From: Malacoraja senta
Lineage: Eukaryota
Direction of reading: 5' to 3'
DNA length: 64,000 bases
Assembly: GCA_038087875.1 (NCBI GenBank)
Contig: CM075999.1
Location: forward strand, 4,218,001-4,282,000
Position 1 is the stretch's first letter; every line of letters begins with the position of its first letter. The notes under the pieces are model-generated. The model saw only the letters and a program-made list of their open reading frames with translations, ran no database searches and was not told the origin of the DNA. Shown piece by piece: positions 48,047 to 60,200 of the stretch. Both the position numbers and the translations under genes were made by a program.

Positions 48047-48385
48047 AGAGTACTGGAGCAACTGAGCGGGCCCGGCAGCATCTCTGGAGAACATGGATAG
48101 GTGACGTTTCACACAGTGCTCGAGTAACTCAGCAGAGGTCAGGCAGCATCTGTGGAGAACATGGATAGGTGACGTTTCACAGAGTGCTGGAGTAACTCAG
48201 CGGGTCAGGCAACATCTCTGGAGAACATGGATAGGTGACGTTTCACAGAGTGCTGGAGTAACTCAGCGGGCCAGGCAACATCTCTGGAGAACATGGATAG
48301 GTGACGTTTCACAGAGTGCTGGAGTAACTCAGCGGGCCAGGCAACATCTCTGGAGAACATGGATAGGTGACGTTTCAGGTCGAGA
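48047..48385. repeat. 66-bp tandem repeat derived from Penelope terminal repeat (5 units; 6 units at 62277-62680)
   Basis: Unit agagtgctggagtaactcagcgggtcaggcaacatctctggagaacatggataggtgacgtttcac starts at 48047, 48113, 48181, 48247, 48313. Confidence 0.92.
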
Positions 48386-49352
48386 TGCAACTGGTGATAA
48401 TCCAGTGAAGATTATTAAGCACCTTTCATTCACTGGTTAGCCGATCACCTGAGGACATTCGCTCAGTTATCAGTGACTTCTCCAGGTGAGGGTGTGGTCA
48501 CATTGGGTCTCCAGGTGCTGGCTACAAGTTGTCAGGTTCAATATCAATCAGCCGCTGCAGGTGGTGCCCATTCACCACTCCACTGGCCGCACCACCCTCC
48601 CTGAATGTGCTGCCACACATTGGAAGGCACAGCACCCTCAGATAAAGGCACAATGGTGGGTGGAAGGATCGACGGAGGAACTGACCAGCAGTTTATGAAG
48701 GCGGTGACAGTGCATAGCTCGTTGGATGAGGCTCCCTATCTCTCCTAGACTGGTCCATGAACCATGGTCAGTACCCGCACCGACTCCTGATCTAAGCAGA
48801 AGGGCATTGCTGTTTGACAGAACTTTTTGTTTGATTTCGGGTGACTAACAATCTTTCTGCATAAGTTAAGACAGAAAATACATTTGTAAATCACGAGTGG
48901 CTGTTGATTTGCAGATAAATTAAACCCAACTCTTGACATAAGTGTGCTTCCTTCTGTTTTGTAAAACATTTGATTGTGGTTGATTAGGCAAGGCAATAAT
49001 ATTCTCAGCTGAAACGGTCTCAGACATTCTGTACATCAGCTGGAAGCCCCCACCAGGGACATCCAACCACCAGGGGCATGACAATTGCACAATGCAGAAC
49101 CAAGAGGTGCTGCTTCCATTGCTTAAAGCCTTTCAACAGTTTCTCCAGCAAACTCATTGCTTCATAGAAAGCATCACTACTATACAAAGTCAAGGTGCAG
49201 CAAACATTCTTATTTTTGCATAAAAAGGCTATTATTTTTCAGCAATAAGACTTTTCTGAGAATTGTTTCTTTGGATTGTAAGGTCCACTCCACCAGGGAA
49301 GTTATCTTTGACCAGTAGCGCAGCAATATCCTGAGGATTGGCGTTGAGTTCT

Positions 49353-49396
49353 TCAGTCCTCCAGGCAAACCTGCCCATTCCCAGTCTTCAGCTTCC
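49353..49396 (-). CDS. NHSL3: Putative NHSL3 terminal coding exon (GKLKTGNGQVCLED*)
   Basis: Strong acceptor cttttcgttccttatctttag|, phase 1 matches donor at 51973, short terminal exon as in human; no protein-level similarity recognised. Confidence 0.55.
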
Positions 49397-49560
49397 CTAA
49401 AGATAAGGAACGAAAAGCTGAAAGTGATGGATATTCAACACGTTGAATGCAAAGGCCAGTCCACAACCGCACAGCATGGAAACAGGCCCTTCGGCTCAAC
49501 TCGTACATGCCAGCCAACATGCCCCATCTAAGCCAGCCTCATTTGCCCTTGTTTGGCCCA

Positions 49561-50020
49561 TCTCTATATAACTAAAAGTCTTTGTCTTGTTTGTGCCCAC
49601 GATGTGTCTCTGTCAATCTGGTTAATTCCTATCTTCTTCCAAACCCTAGGCCACAGCCTTCCCATTTTCACACATCCTATTCACATTTTCCCCATGGTGA
49701 CGATAAACATCTTCCCGTCGCTTTTCCACATGTATTTCCGAAGTTATTAATCATTGGAATTTTAAAAACAGCCCGATTTCTTTAAACTCACCCATTTTGG
49801 AAAGAAAAATCTCAGTGACGTCGCAAGGCAGAACGGGCAACAATGCACCAATCACAATAGGCTCCCAAGCAGCCGAGCGCCACACCCCCTGCCCCCTCCC
49901 CCCCAGGTTATTCATGGATAAAAAAGATTTTTAAGCCAAACGAGTTGCGTTAGGGGAACGGGTGAGTGCTGGAAAATTGCGTTGGGGGGAACAGACCCAA
50001 CGGGTCTCCACTTGGTCTAG
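49561..50020 (+). mobile_element. Non-autonomous Helitron
   Basis: 5' TC, 3' CTAG, inserted between A and T with no TSD, subterminal hairpin AGACCC-aac-GGGTCT 49993-50007; splits an old CR1 tail (ggccca|tgtccctct). Confidence 0.8.
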
Positions 50021-50080
50021 TGTCCCTCTAAATCTTTCCTATCAATGTACCTGTCTAAGTGTCCTTTAAATGTTGTTATT

Positions 50081-50576
50081 CTGGAAGAGATGAGATTCCT
50101 CCTAGTAGGCAAAGTAGATCAATTTCAAAAGACGTGGTCTACGTTTTTGGACCTATTACAAGCATGAGGTGCAATAGTAATTTAGAAAAACAAATAAATA
50201 AATAAAAGGTATCTGGACCTGGTAATGGGAGGTAAAATAAAAACAGACTTGGTTGGTAGTCCCTTCTCTATGAAGTATGGTATAAGAGTTATAATAGAGC
50301 GATTGTTCCTTCTTTCTTTCTCTTTTTTTTTCTAGGGTCTATTTTCTAACTTTACTTCCTTCTCTAACCTCTTTTCTAAGGGGCTTTCTTTTCCCAACAC
50401 TCTTTTGCACTTCACAACCTTTGCGCACTTTCTTCACTTTTCTTACTTCTTTCTTTTTCTTTCTTAAAGTTTAAAAAAGTGAAGCGGTACAAAAAATGTA
50501 TTAATATATACGTGTTGTACATTACTGTAATCTACCGTACTTCTAAAAAATAAAAAAAAAAAAAAAAAAAAAATAA
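50081..50576 (+). mobile_element. L1/Tx1-like LINE 3' fragment with poly-A and 14-bp TSD
   Basis: TSD TAAATGTTGTTATT 50067-50080 / 50577-50590; AATAAA plus poly-A at 50546-50576. Confidence 0.78.
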
Positions 50577-51973
50577 TAAATGTTGTTATTGTACCTGCCT
50601 CAACAACCTCTTCTGACGGCTCATTCCACAAACCCAACACCCTCTGTGAAGAAATTGTTGCTGGTCAGGTTTCTATTAAATCTTTCTCCTCTGCTGCCAA
50701 CATTTCAGTTCATCTATCTTCCTTCAGACACATTTTGTCTAAATCTTGTTTTGACAATATGTGGGTGTCAAAGGTTCCAGGGTGAAGGCAGGAGAATGGG
50801 TTTGAGAGGGGAAAATAGATCAGCCATGAATGAATGTAGTAGACTTGATGGGCCAAATGGCCTAATTCTGCACCTATGACTAATGAACAATTTCAATGCA
50901 GCTTAATTGAAAGACCAAATAGAAATGTGTTTAATAGGTGACTGGAGTAACTCAGTGGGTCAGGCAACATCTCTGGAGAAAAGGAATAGGGGATGGGGGT
51001 CAAGACCCTTCCTCAGCTTCAATATAGCCAGTGGTGAGAGAGGGCGGGATGTGCATATCCAGTGGAGATTACTGGCCATCAACTGGAATGGGAAACCTGC
51101 AAACCTCTTCACTGTACCTTAGTACACATGACAATCATGCATCAATACCACCGGCCACCATTCACCAGTGTAGGCATGTTCATAGATTTCTATCACACCT
51201 GTATTTGCTCCCTAACGGGTTGCCACAGTAAACGGGAGTGTTCTGTGGCTGCAGGGGCAGGTCTGTTTGTGCCAACACACTTGGAGTAACCATGGTTACT
51301 GAACAACAGTAACATAACAGGTTGCAAATTCAACTTTGCAAAAGGAATTAGAGTATTCTGGCTGCTAATGGCTGCTTTATATTCTAACCTCCCTAGACAT
51401 TTTGTTGCAAATTACTGCGTTGGAAGAGGTGCAGTGTAAACCAGCAGCGTTTTATTGAGCCTAACATCACATTACGAGAACAAAAACGCCACAAAGTCAG
51501 GAGTAATGGCATCTGCAGTTGCGTGCAGCCCCACCACTGAGCAGCTGATGCTGAGGCCGATGGCATTTTACAGCTACCTTCACCGCAGTGTCAGAAAGGG
51601 CAGGCAAAGAGATATGGTGGATGTTGGAGCAACAGGTAGAAACAGGAAATGAGCAGTGTTAGTATTCTCCACTCCTCCACTCTGTAAGTTACTGTCCACA
51701 GCATACCGTAGCCACGCCAATGTATTAGGCAAAATACTTAGACATGGCTTCACCGCATCTAGTAACGCCAATTAATGCAGTTAATTGGGGCAAGAGCAAA
51801 GTGCTGGAGGCATTCAGGTCAGGCAGGTGTCTGTGGACCGAATGGACAAGTGACATTTCTACTCCCTACAGACCAACACCAATTCTCCAACTCCCTAATT
51901 CACCCCCCCCCCCATGGCTTTTCCCCTGACAATTACTAACCCCTCCCTGCTGCCCCTCTGTCTGGCCAATTAC

Positions 51974-54038
51974 CTTTCTCCTCGTGGTGACCACTGGTCT
52001 CCTGCCGCAGTTGTGCGGTTGCATGTGCGGGCATCTCTGTGCCACAGGTTGAGGTGGAGGGCAGTCGCTGGCCGGTGGACAGGAAGGAAGGTTTCTTGGC
52101 CACAGGCGGTGGGACCCTGCCTGCCTTTCTCTGAGCCTCGGGGGCTGCTTTACCCGGCAGGCCCGACCAGCCCTTGGAGGCCATTCGGCCCGACACGGAG
52201 CTCAGTTCGGCCATCAGGTTCCTCTTGGCCTCAGCCTCAGCCCCTGGTGACCGTGGGCTGTCGAACACCAGCTTCTTGGGGCTGATGTTCTTGGAGAAGA
52301 TGAAGCTGGCGGTGGAGGCTGGGGACTTGAGTGGGGTCTCCTCCTCGGCCTGTTTCAGCAGGACGCTTCCTGAGCGTTGGGACTGAGGGGAGGGGACCTG
52401 AGCTGGAGGGGGGCTATGGGGATGGGCCCGGGGTCAGTGGTGGACAAGCGCTGGGACAGGGACTTGCGAGCGGGTTTGCTGGGCGCGGCCGTACTGCCCT
52501 TGGCCGGCAGCGTAGCCTGGCTTGGGCCACGGGATCCCGGTATGGTGTCCAGCACACTGGTGGTGCTGCCCTTGACTGGTGGTCTGGGGTCTGGAATGGC
52601 CACTGCTGACCGGTTCATCTGCCCGGAGCGCAGCCGCACCATCTGCAGCAGGGAGGGGGCGACGGGCGATGCCCCCCCTACTCCGTCAGTGCCCCCTCCA
52701 GCAGACGGCGCCCCACCTCTGCCCAGCCCCCACCAATCACTGCGGGCGTGGGGAGTGTGGAGGGCAGGCGGGGGGAGACTGTTCCCTCCAGAGGCTGATT
52801 GGCTGCCTGTGTCTTTGGCTGAGGCCGCTTGGTGGCTGGAGGTGACACGAGGGGGGTAGTGGCTGAGGAGAGGCTTACTTTGGGCAGCGGGGAGGGGGGG
52901 AGAGGCGAGGAACCGGGGGGTGGTCGTGGTGTGCAGGTTGGGGCAGAGAGGGGGGTGGGGTCGGGGAGAGGGGTGGGGTCGGGGAGAGGGGTGGGGGCAG
53001 GGAGGAGGGTGGGGTCGGGGAGAGGGGTTGGGGAGGGGAGAGGGGTGGGGGAAGGGAGGGGGTTGGGGGAGGGGAGAAGGGTGGGGGAGGGGAGAGGGGT
53101 GGGGGCAGGAGGGTGGTGGGGACAGTGAGGGGGGCAGGGAGTGGGGTGGGAGCAGGGAGCGGGGCAGGGAGGGGGTGGGGGCAGGGAGGGGGGCATGGAG
53201 GGTGGTGGGGGAAGGGAGGGGGGCAGAGAGGGGGGTGAGAGTGGGAAGGGGGGTGGGGGCGGGGAGAGGGGTGGGGGCAGGGAGCGGGGCAGGGAGGGGT
53301 GTGGGGGGCAGGGAGCGGGGCAGGGGCAGGGAGCGGGGCAGTGAGCGGGGTGGGGGCAGGGAGCGGGGCAGGGGCAGGGAGCGGGGCAGGGAGGGGGGTG
53401 GGGGTAGTTAGGTGAGTGGGGATAGGCTTCCGTTGTCCATCTACTCCAGGATTCTCCGGACAGCCTCTTCCTCCTGCATCTTCCAGCAGGGGGGGCGGTG
53501 GGGAGGGAACGGAAACTCTGCCTCTGATGGGGCAGATGCCTCAGCCCCCCGCTGTTGGGGGCGGCTCCCTGGTGCCAGGCCGGAGGGGCCAGGGGAGGGG
53601 GAGGGGGGAGGGGGCCAGTCGGTGGGTGGGTTCGGACCCCGTGGAGACCGGGCAGTCGAGGGGGATGGAGGAGGGGGCTGATCAGTGGCCGGCCTCTGTG
53701 GTGGAGGAGGTGGATGATGGGCCGGGGGTGGGAGGGGGAAGGAGAGGCTCGCTCCACCAGGTGTGGGGTTGCACTGTGCTGCAGCTGTGTGGTTGCGACA
53801 GAGACAGATGTGGCCCCAAGGACAGATGTGGGCCCAGGGACAGATGTGGCCCCAGAAGCAGGTTTGGTCTCCGAGCCAATAGTCAACGAGTCTGAAGCCA
53901 ACAAGGCTGGACCAATGATTGCCGTGGTTGAGTAGATGAGGAAGTGACCAATGGGGTTGGAGATGATGTGGGGGTGACCAATGGGGTTGAAGCAGGTGTG
54001 GAGGTGACCAATGGGGTTGGAGATGATGTGGGGGGTGA
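51974..54038 (-). CDS. NHSL3: NHSL3 (KIAA1522) large Pro-rich penultimate coding exon; 5' part lost in the N-gap; frame broken several times in GC/homopolymer tracts
   Basis: Motifs recognised across frames: DWPPPPSP, PSLLQMVRLRS, KPARKSLS, SPASTASFIFSK, RNLMAELSSVS, PPPVAKKPS, matching recalled human KIAA1522 C-terminus (PSLLQMVRLRS, SPASTASFIFSK, RNLVAELRSIS, PPPVARKPS); donor GAG AAA G|gtaatt at 51973. Confidence 0.88.
52945..53405. repeat. G-rich 18-bp and 12-bp coding tandem repeats within NHSL3 exon
   Basis: (ggggtggggtcggggaga)-type units encode PDPTPL/PSPTPL; (ggggcagggagc)-type units follow. Confidence 0.85.
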
Positions 54039-54238
54039 NNNNNNNNNNNNNNNNNNNNNNNNNNNNNNNNNNNNNNNNNNNNNNNNNNNNNNNNNNNNNN
54101 NNNNNNNNNNNNNNNNNNNNNNNNNNNNNNNNNNNNNNNNNNNNNNNNNNNNNNNNNNNNNNNNNNNNNNNNNNNNNNNNNNNNNNNNNNNNNNNNNNNN
54201 NNNNNNNNNNNNNNNNNNNNNNNNNNNNNNNNNNNNNN
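54039..54238. other. Assembly gap (200 N)
   Basis: Run of N. Confidence 1.
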
Positions 54239-57200
54239 CAGCATCTATGGAGCGAAGGAAATAGGCAATGTTTCGGTCGAGACCATTCTTCAGACTGATG
54301 TGAGGGTGGGGGGGGGGGGAGGCGGGAAGAAGAAAGGAAGAGGCGAAGACAGTGGGCTGAGAGAGAGCTGAGAAGGGGCGGGGAAAGTAGGGACTACCTG
54401 AAATTAGAGGTCAATGTTCATACCGCTGGGTATGAAGCAAAATATGAGGTGCTGCTCCTCCAATTTACAGGAGGCCCCGGACAGAAAGGTCGGATTCGGA
54501 ATGGGAGGGGGAGTTGAAGTGCTGAGCAACCGGGAGATCAGGTAGGTTAATGCGAACCGAGCGGAGGTGTTGGGCGAAGTGATCGCTAAGCCTATGCTTG
54601 GCCTCACCAATGTAGAGCAGCTGACATCTAGATGAGGTTGGAGGAGGTGCAGGTGATCCTCTGCCGCACCTGGAAAGACTGCTTGGGTCCTTGAGTGGAG
54701 TCAAGGGGGGAGGTAACGCGACAAGTGTAGCATTTCCTGCTGTTGCAAGGGAAAGTGCCAGGAGAGGGGGTGGTTTGGCTGGGAAGGGACAAATTGACCA
54801 GGGAGTTATGGAGGGAGCAGTCTCTGCAGATAGGGGAGGAGATGGGAAGATGTGGCCAGTGGTGGGTTCCCGTTGGAGGTGGCGAAAATGTCAGAGGATT
54901 ATTTGTTGTATGTGACGGCTGGTGGGGTGGAAGGTGAGGACAAGGGGGACTCTGCCCTTGTTACGAGTGGGGGATGGGGAATGAGAGCAGAGTTACGAGG
55001 TATAGAAGAGACCCTGGTGAGAGCCTCATCTATAGTAGAAGAGGGGAACCCCCATTCCCTGAAAAATGAGGACATCTCCGATGCCCTGTTGTGGAACACC
55101 TCATCCTGGGTGCAGATGCGGCGTAGACGGAGGAATTGGGAGTAGGGGATCAGCTGTCACATACGACAAATAATCCTCCGACACTCTGGGATGCAGACTA
55201 TTAGGCCCTGGGGATTTATCTGCCTATGGTTCCAACAGTTTACCTAACACCATTTCCTGACTAATGTGGATTCCCTTCAGTTCCTCCCTCCCACGAGATC
55301 CTCGGTCCCCTAGTATTTCTGGGAGATTGTTTTCTGGGACCATTGCCCATCACTGATTGCACCAAAATGGAGGAAGCAGCTAAACATCCACCATGTTGGT
55401 GGACTGGAGACACATGTTGGGCCAGACTGGACAGGCTGAAGAAGGGTCTTGACCCGAAACGTCACCCATTCCTTCTCTCGAGAAATGCTGCCTGTCCCTC
55501 TGAGTTATTCCAGCTTTTTGTGTCTATTCGGTTGAAACCAGCATCTGCAGTTCCTTCCTACACACTTGGTAAGTTTAGGTACATGTGTAATTTTTTTATT
55601 TAAATTTTTTTAAATTTTATTAGAAGGAAGTATAGAAATATGGCCCCAAGGTGCCTAATATATATTGAGATTACATTTTATGTACAGCTTCTTCTTTTTT
55701 TTTTTATAATAATGAAAAAGAAAAGAGAGGGAATTGATAATAAAAGATAGAAAAACGTGTGATATATAGTGTGTGAAAAGGAGAAAAGGGTGAAAAGAAA
55801 AATGAAGAAAAGAAGAGAGAGAGAAAGAGTAGAAAGTAAGGGATTAAGGAGATCATTATCTATATTCTTGACCATCCCTCACCCAATCCTGAAACAGTTA
55901 GCTACTACGATTTTGTTGCACCATATGCTTCCAAAAAATCAACAAATGGAGACCAACTCATTAAGAGTTGGACACCTCAAGATGTGCGGTGTCCAACATA
56001 TTTGAAATCCACATTTTAAGCATTGGTTTGGGTGTATTTTTCCAAAATTTAAGTATATGTTTTTTTGCTGTAATTAACCCATAATTTAAAAATAAATTTT
56101 GAGATGAGCTCAATTTATTCCCATCTTCCATTACAGGTACATGTGTAATTGAATAGGTTTTGACTTGTACACCTTTGGGCCAAAAGGCTTGTTTGGAAAC
56201 AGGCCCTTCAGCCCACCTTGCCTATGCCAACCAAGTGGCATTGTACGGTAGTCTGCATTTTATGAGTGAACAAATATCTCCTCAGCATCTTCACATTCCA
56301 TTCCAGTCACCTCTGATCCACCTCGATCCAGCAAACATCTCTTGGTGTACACAACCTGAGTGATGTGATCTTGCTGGAACTTTACTTATTTTGTGTGGCA
56401 GGGATACCAAAGGGTTAAAATGAAGAGCTGAATGATAACTGGAGATGTGGTACCCCATTAAAAAGCGACTTCATTCAGAAAAAGCCACTGTGGTCTTGAG
56501 ATGTGGGTGTTCCGCTGGTTCACGGAGTTTACACTGGAGATCCCCAATACTTTGCGAGTGTTGATCTTTATTACGTGTTTATGAGTTTGTCTGTCCATTA
56601 CCACCTCCTACATCCTTCTCCTCCGCCCACACTGCAGTGATCACATAGCATCGGTATAAGGAGCAAAGTTTCCAGAGCCTCTAGACCATGCACTCATCGC
56701 TGGTCAATGTAACAAAGGGTCCAGCCCACAAGGAGGCAGCAGTCAGTGAACATTCTTGCAGTAAATGTTCCACTCCCGCCACCCCCTCCCCAGCTGAGTA
56801 ACAGGAGACGAACACAAACGCAACAATGATTTAGAAAATTAAAATCCAAAGTACTTAGCTGGTAGTAAAATTGCCCTCACAAGTAAACATTGTATTCTTG
56901 CTGCGAAAGTACACTTAGAAAATGAACCAGATTCAATAAAACATTTCTCTCAACATAAACGATGCCTCTGATAAATGACAATAATTCCAGGTGTTCTAAA
57001 TGCTTTCACTTGCCCCTGCATTGAACCTGACCTTGACATAGTCTTGAAGTTGGGGATTGAGAGGGCAGGCTGGCACGGTGCGGAACTACCTACAACTCTT
57101 TCCCCACTGGAATGGCCATTTATTTCCCCATGTTAAAGTAATGAAGGTACTTCAGTCAAATCTGAGGTTAAACCCCAGTGTAGACTGAGACAGCAACAGC

Positions 57201-60200
57201 TTCAAGGGCAGAGGTGGTGAAGAGCTTCCAAGATGTGCTTAGGATCATTTTGTAGAACAGTTTCTGGTCCAACAAGAAAGGAGATAGTGGTTATAACATC
57301 ACAACACTTCAGTTTGACAAAGAAAGGAGGAATGATGCAAAGCAAAAATAATTAACTAGAGATGACAATTTCACTGAGATGGACTTGGATCTAAAACCCA
57401 AAATTAACTGCAAAACTGCAGCTGGGACAGACTTTGTTCAGTAGGAGAGCCTTTTGGCAATAATGATCACAACTCTGTATGTTTTATGATAGTTATGAGT
57501 AATGATAAATCTTGACTTTGGGGAAAAGTTGGCAAATTACAACATTATTCGGCAGGAGATAGGGAGACTAAATTGGGAACAGCTGTTATTGGGTAAGTCC
57601 ACATGTGGGAATGATTTAAAGGCCGGTCGATCAAAGTTCAGGTCCGGCAAGGCCCAGTAGGGAGGAGGGAGAGGAATGGCAACGTGAGAGAACCTTGAAT
57701 GACTAAAGAGGTTGTCAAAGATAAATAGAAAGTGCTGGAGTAACTCAGCGTGTCAGTCAGCATCTCGGGAGAAAAAGAAACATCCTTTTTCTCCAGAAAA
57801 GCTGCCTGACCTGCTGAGTTACTCCAGCACTTTCTGTCATGTTTGGTATAAATCAGCATTTGCGGTTTCTACAAGAAGGATGTGAATTTGGTTATAGGTA
57901 AAGGAAGCACATGCAAGGTTTAGGAAGATCAAATCAGTCAGGGCTTTTGAGGAATATAAAGCAAATAAGAAATAACTTGACTGGGGAATTGGGAGAGCCA
58001 GAAGAGGCAAGTTGGATTAAAGAGATTCAAGCCCTTCAATAACCAGACTTGAACAACATTTAAGGCATTAGTACGGGTGTCAGGTTTATGGGGAGAAGGC
58101 AGGAGAATGGGATTAAGAAAGAAAGATAGAGCAGTCATATTGAATGGTGGAGTAGACTTGATGAGCTGAATGGCATGATTCTGCCCCTAGAACCTATGAA
58201 CAAGTTGATAACTTCCAGGAAATGATCATCTCCTAAAGGCAGAGCCTACCTCCGTGATAGTCAATGACCTACCTCTTACCCAGAGATCACCATCAACGTC
58301 CTGGAACCGCCGTTGACCAGAAACTCACCGTAACCCTGCGGCTATAAAGGCAGTCAGTACCTGCAACAGGTGGCTCTGCTTCTGACAGTCCAAAGCCCAG
58401 AGGTGCAAAGACAAACATGGAAGGGAACAGCCCAGATATTGAGAGCAATATTGGATCTCTGATCAGTTGTTTGTTTATGTTGATTCACTATGTCACTGAT
58501 GCCTCTAGTTTTCCTTCATTGTGTTTTTCAGGAATACTTATGTAGATGTCATCCTCTCAGACAATGTAGGTAAGTCATGCTGTCAGATAAGTACATGTAG
58601 AAACCTGGAAAATGGTCCGAAGTTCACAATTGTAGCAATTTGTCCTAACTTACTCAGGAGTTAAATTAATTGGAGCACAGGATTGACTCAAATGTCTGGG
58701 ATTTTTGTAGTGTGGTTCTGTAACTCAATCGCTCAGGAGTGAAGGAGACTACAGAGAGTGGTGGACACTGCCCGGTCCATCACAGGTACTGACCTCCCCA
58801 CCATCGAAGGGATCTACAGGAGGCGCTGCCTTAGAAAGGCAGCCAATATCATCAGAGACCCACACCACCCTGGCCACACTCTCATCTCGCTGCCACCATG
58901 GGGAAGAAGGTACAGGAGCCTGAAAACCGTGACCTCCAGGTTCAAGAACAGGTTCTTCCCAACAACTATCAGGCTCTTGAACACTGCACAACACTGACCA
59001 ATGAGCTATGGACTGTCCGGTTGCACTCAGGACTTTGGGCTTTATGTTTGCACTAGTATTGTGGTTATTAGTTTATTTAATTTTTGTTTATGACATATAT
59101 TTATGTGTATTGTGTTGGCCTGTACTGCTGCTGCTGCAAGTAAGCATTCCATTGTTCCGTTGGTACATATGACAATTAAACACTCTTGTCTTTTGACTCA
59201 AATTTAATTCCTCAGTGCAGACACATTAAAGTGAGACAGGTTGGAAACTCATTTGCTAATTTATTAACAGTAGAGAAATATATATATTATGTCATTGCAC
59301 TAATAATATTTTCCTAAAAATATTTGAAAATCAGTTTATACCCTTAAGTGATTGTTTAAGGCCACGGGCCACTTTAATTGGCAGCTAGGCTGGATCTAAA
59401 ATGCAATATCAAATATACAATGTGCAGAAAATCTTTATTCCTTTGCATTCATACTGCAGCAATGATTCATTAAATTGGCAGTAGAGATGGAGGAATGAGG
59501 GAGCTGGGTGACAAGGAATAAAGCAGAGAAGGTGGTTGGAAAGTTGCGGTGGTGGAAACACAATGAGTATGTCCCAATGTTGCCTCATTCCATAAACATT
59601 CAGATGGACACAGTCAGAAGTCCTGAACACCCTGCTGCTGGTGGAACACAGGGCAACAAAGGCCACTCTCTCTGGTTTGCCCCCATGAACAGTATTACCA
59701 CCTGACCTCCCTTTGGAGGCCAAGGGTGCAGTTAGGCAATGCTTGGGAGGGAACATGAGTCCTGGTCTCTTTGGCATGAAATATACCAGCTCACTCATCC
59801 CTTTTGGGAAGGTTAATCCAAACTGCAGCCATCGGGATAGTGCAGAGGTTGGAACAAAGCATCGTGGTTCTCAATAGTACATCAGAACATAGTCCCACGG
59901 AACCTGCCCTCTGATACTGGTCGCTGCAGGAAGCAAGGACCACATCCATACAGAGCTTCTAACCCTGGACAGTGTCCTTCCATCATGGACCCAGCATGGG
60001 TTCAGGAAGGTGGGAATTATTCACAACCCATGCTCCTCGTCCCTTGCTGCAGTAGAATTGTGTCAGGAATCAGGTTCACACGTCACTGCTCTTGAAAAAC
60101 AGAGTTCTTGCAACATGAGGATTTGGGGAGTTGTGAAACGTTCATGCACCTGTTGCCCCCACAACACCTCCATCCCACACCCCTGCACTCCCTCTCTCTC

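Noticed and set aside
48047..48385. 66-bp periodic array resembling CRISPR spacing
   Set aside because: Whole units repeat with no unique spacers, no cas genes, vertebrate context; derived from Penelope terminus
52829..53935. Gly/Arg-rich plus-strand ORFs
   Set aside because: Antisense shadows of the Pro-rich NHSL3 exon
53441..54298. ORFs spanning the X run
   Set aside because: Artefacts of translating through the N gap
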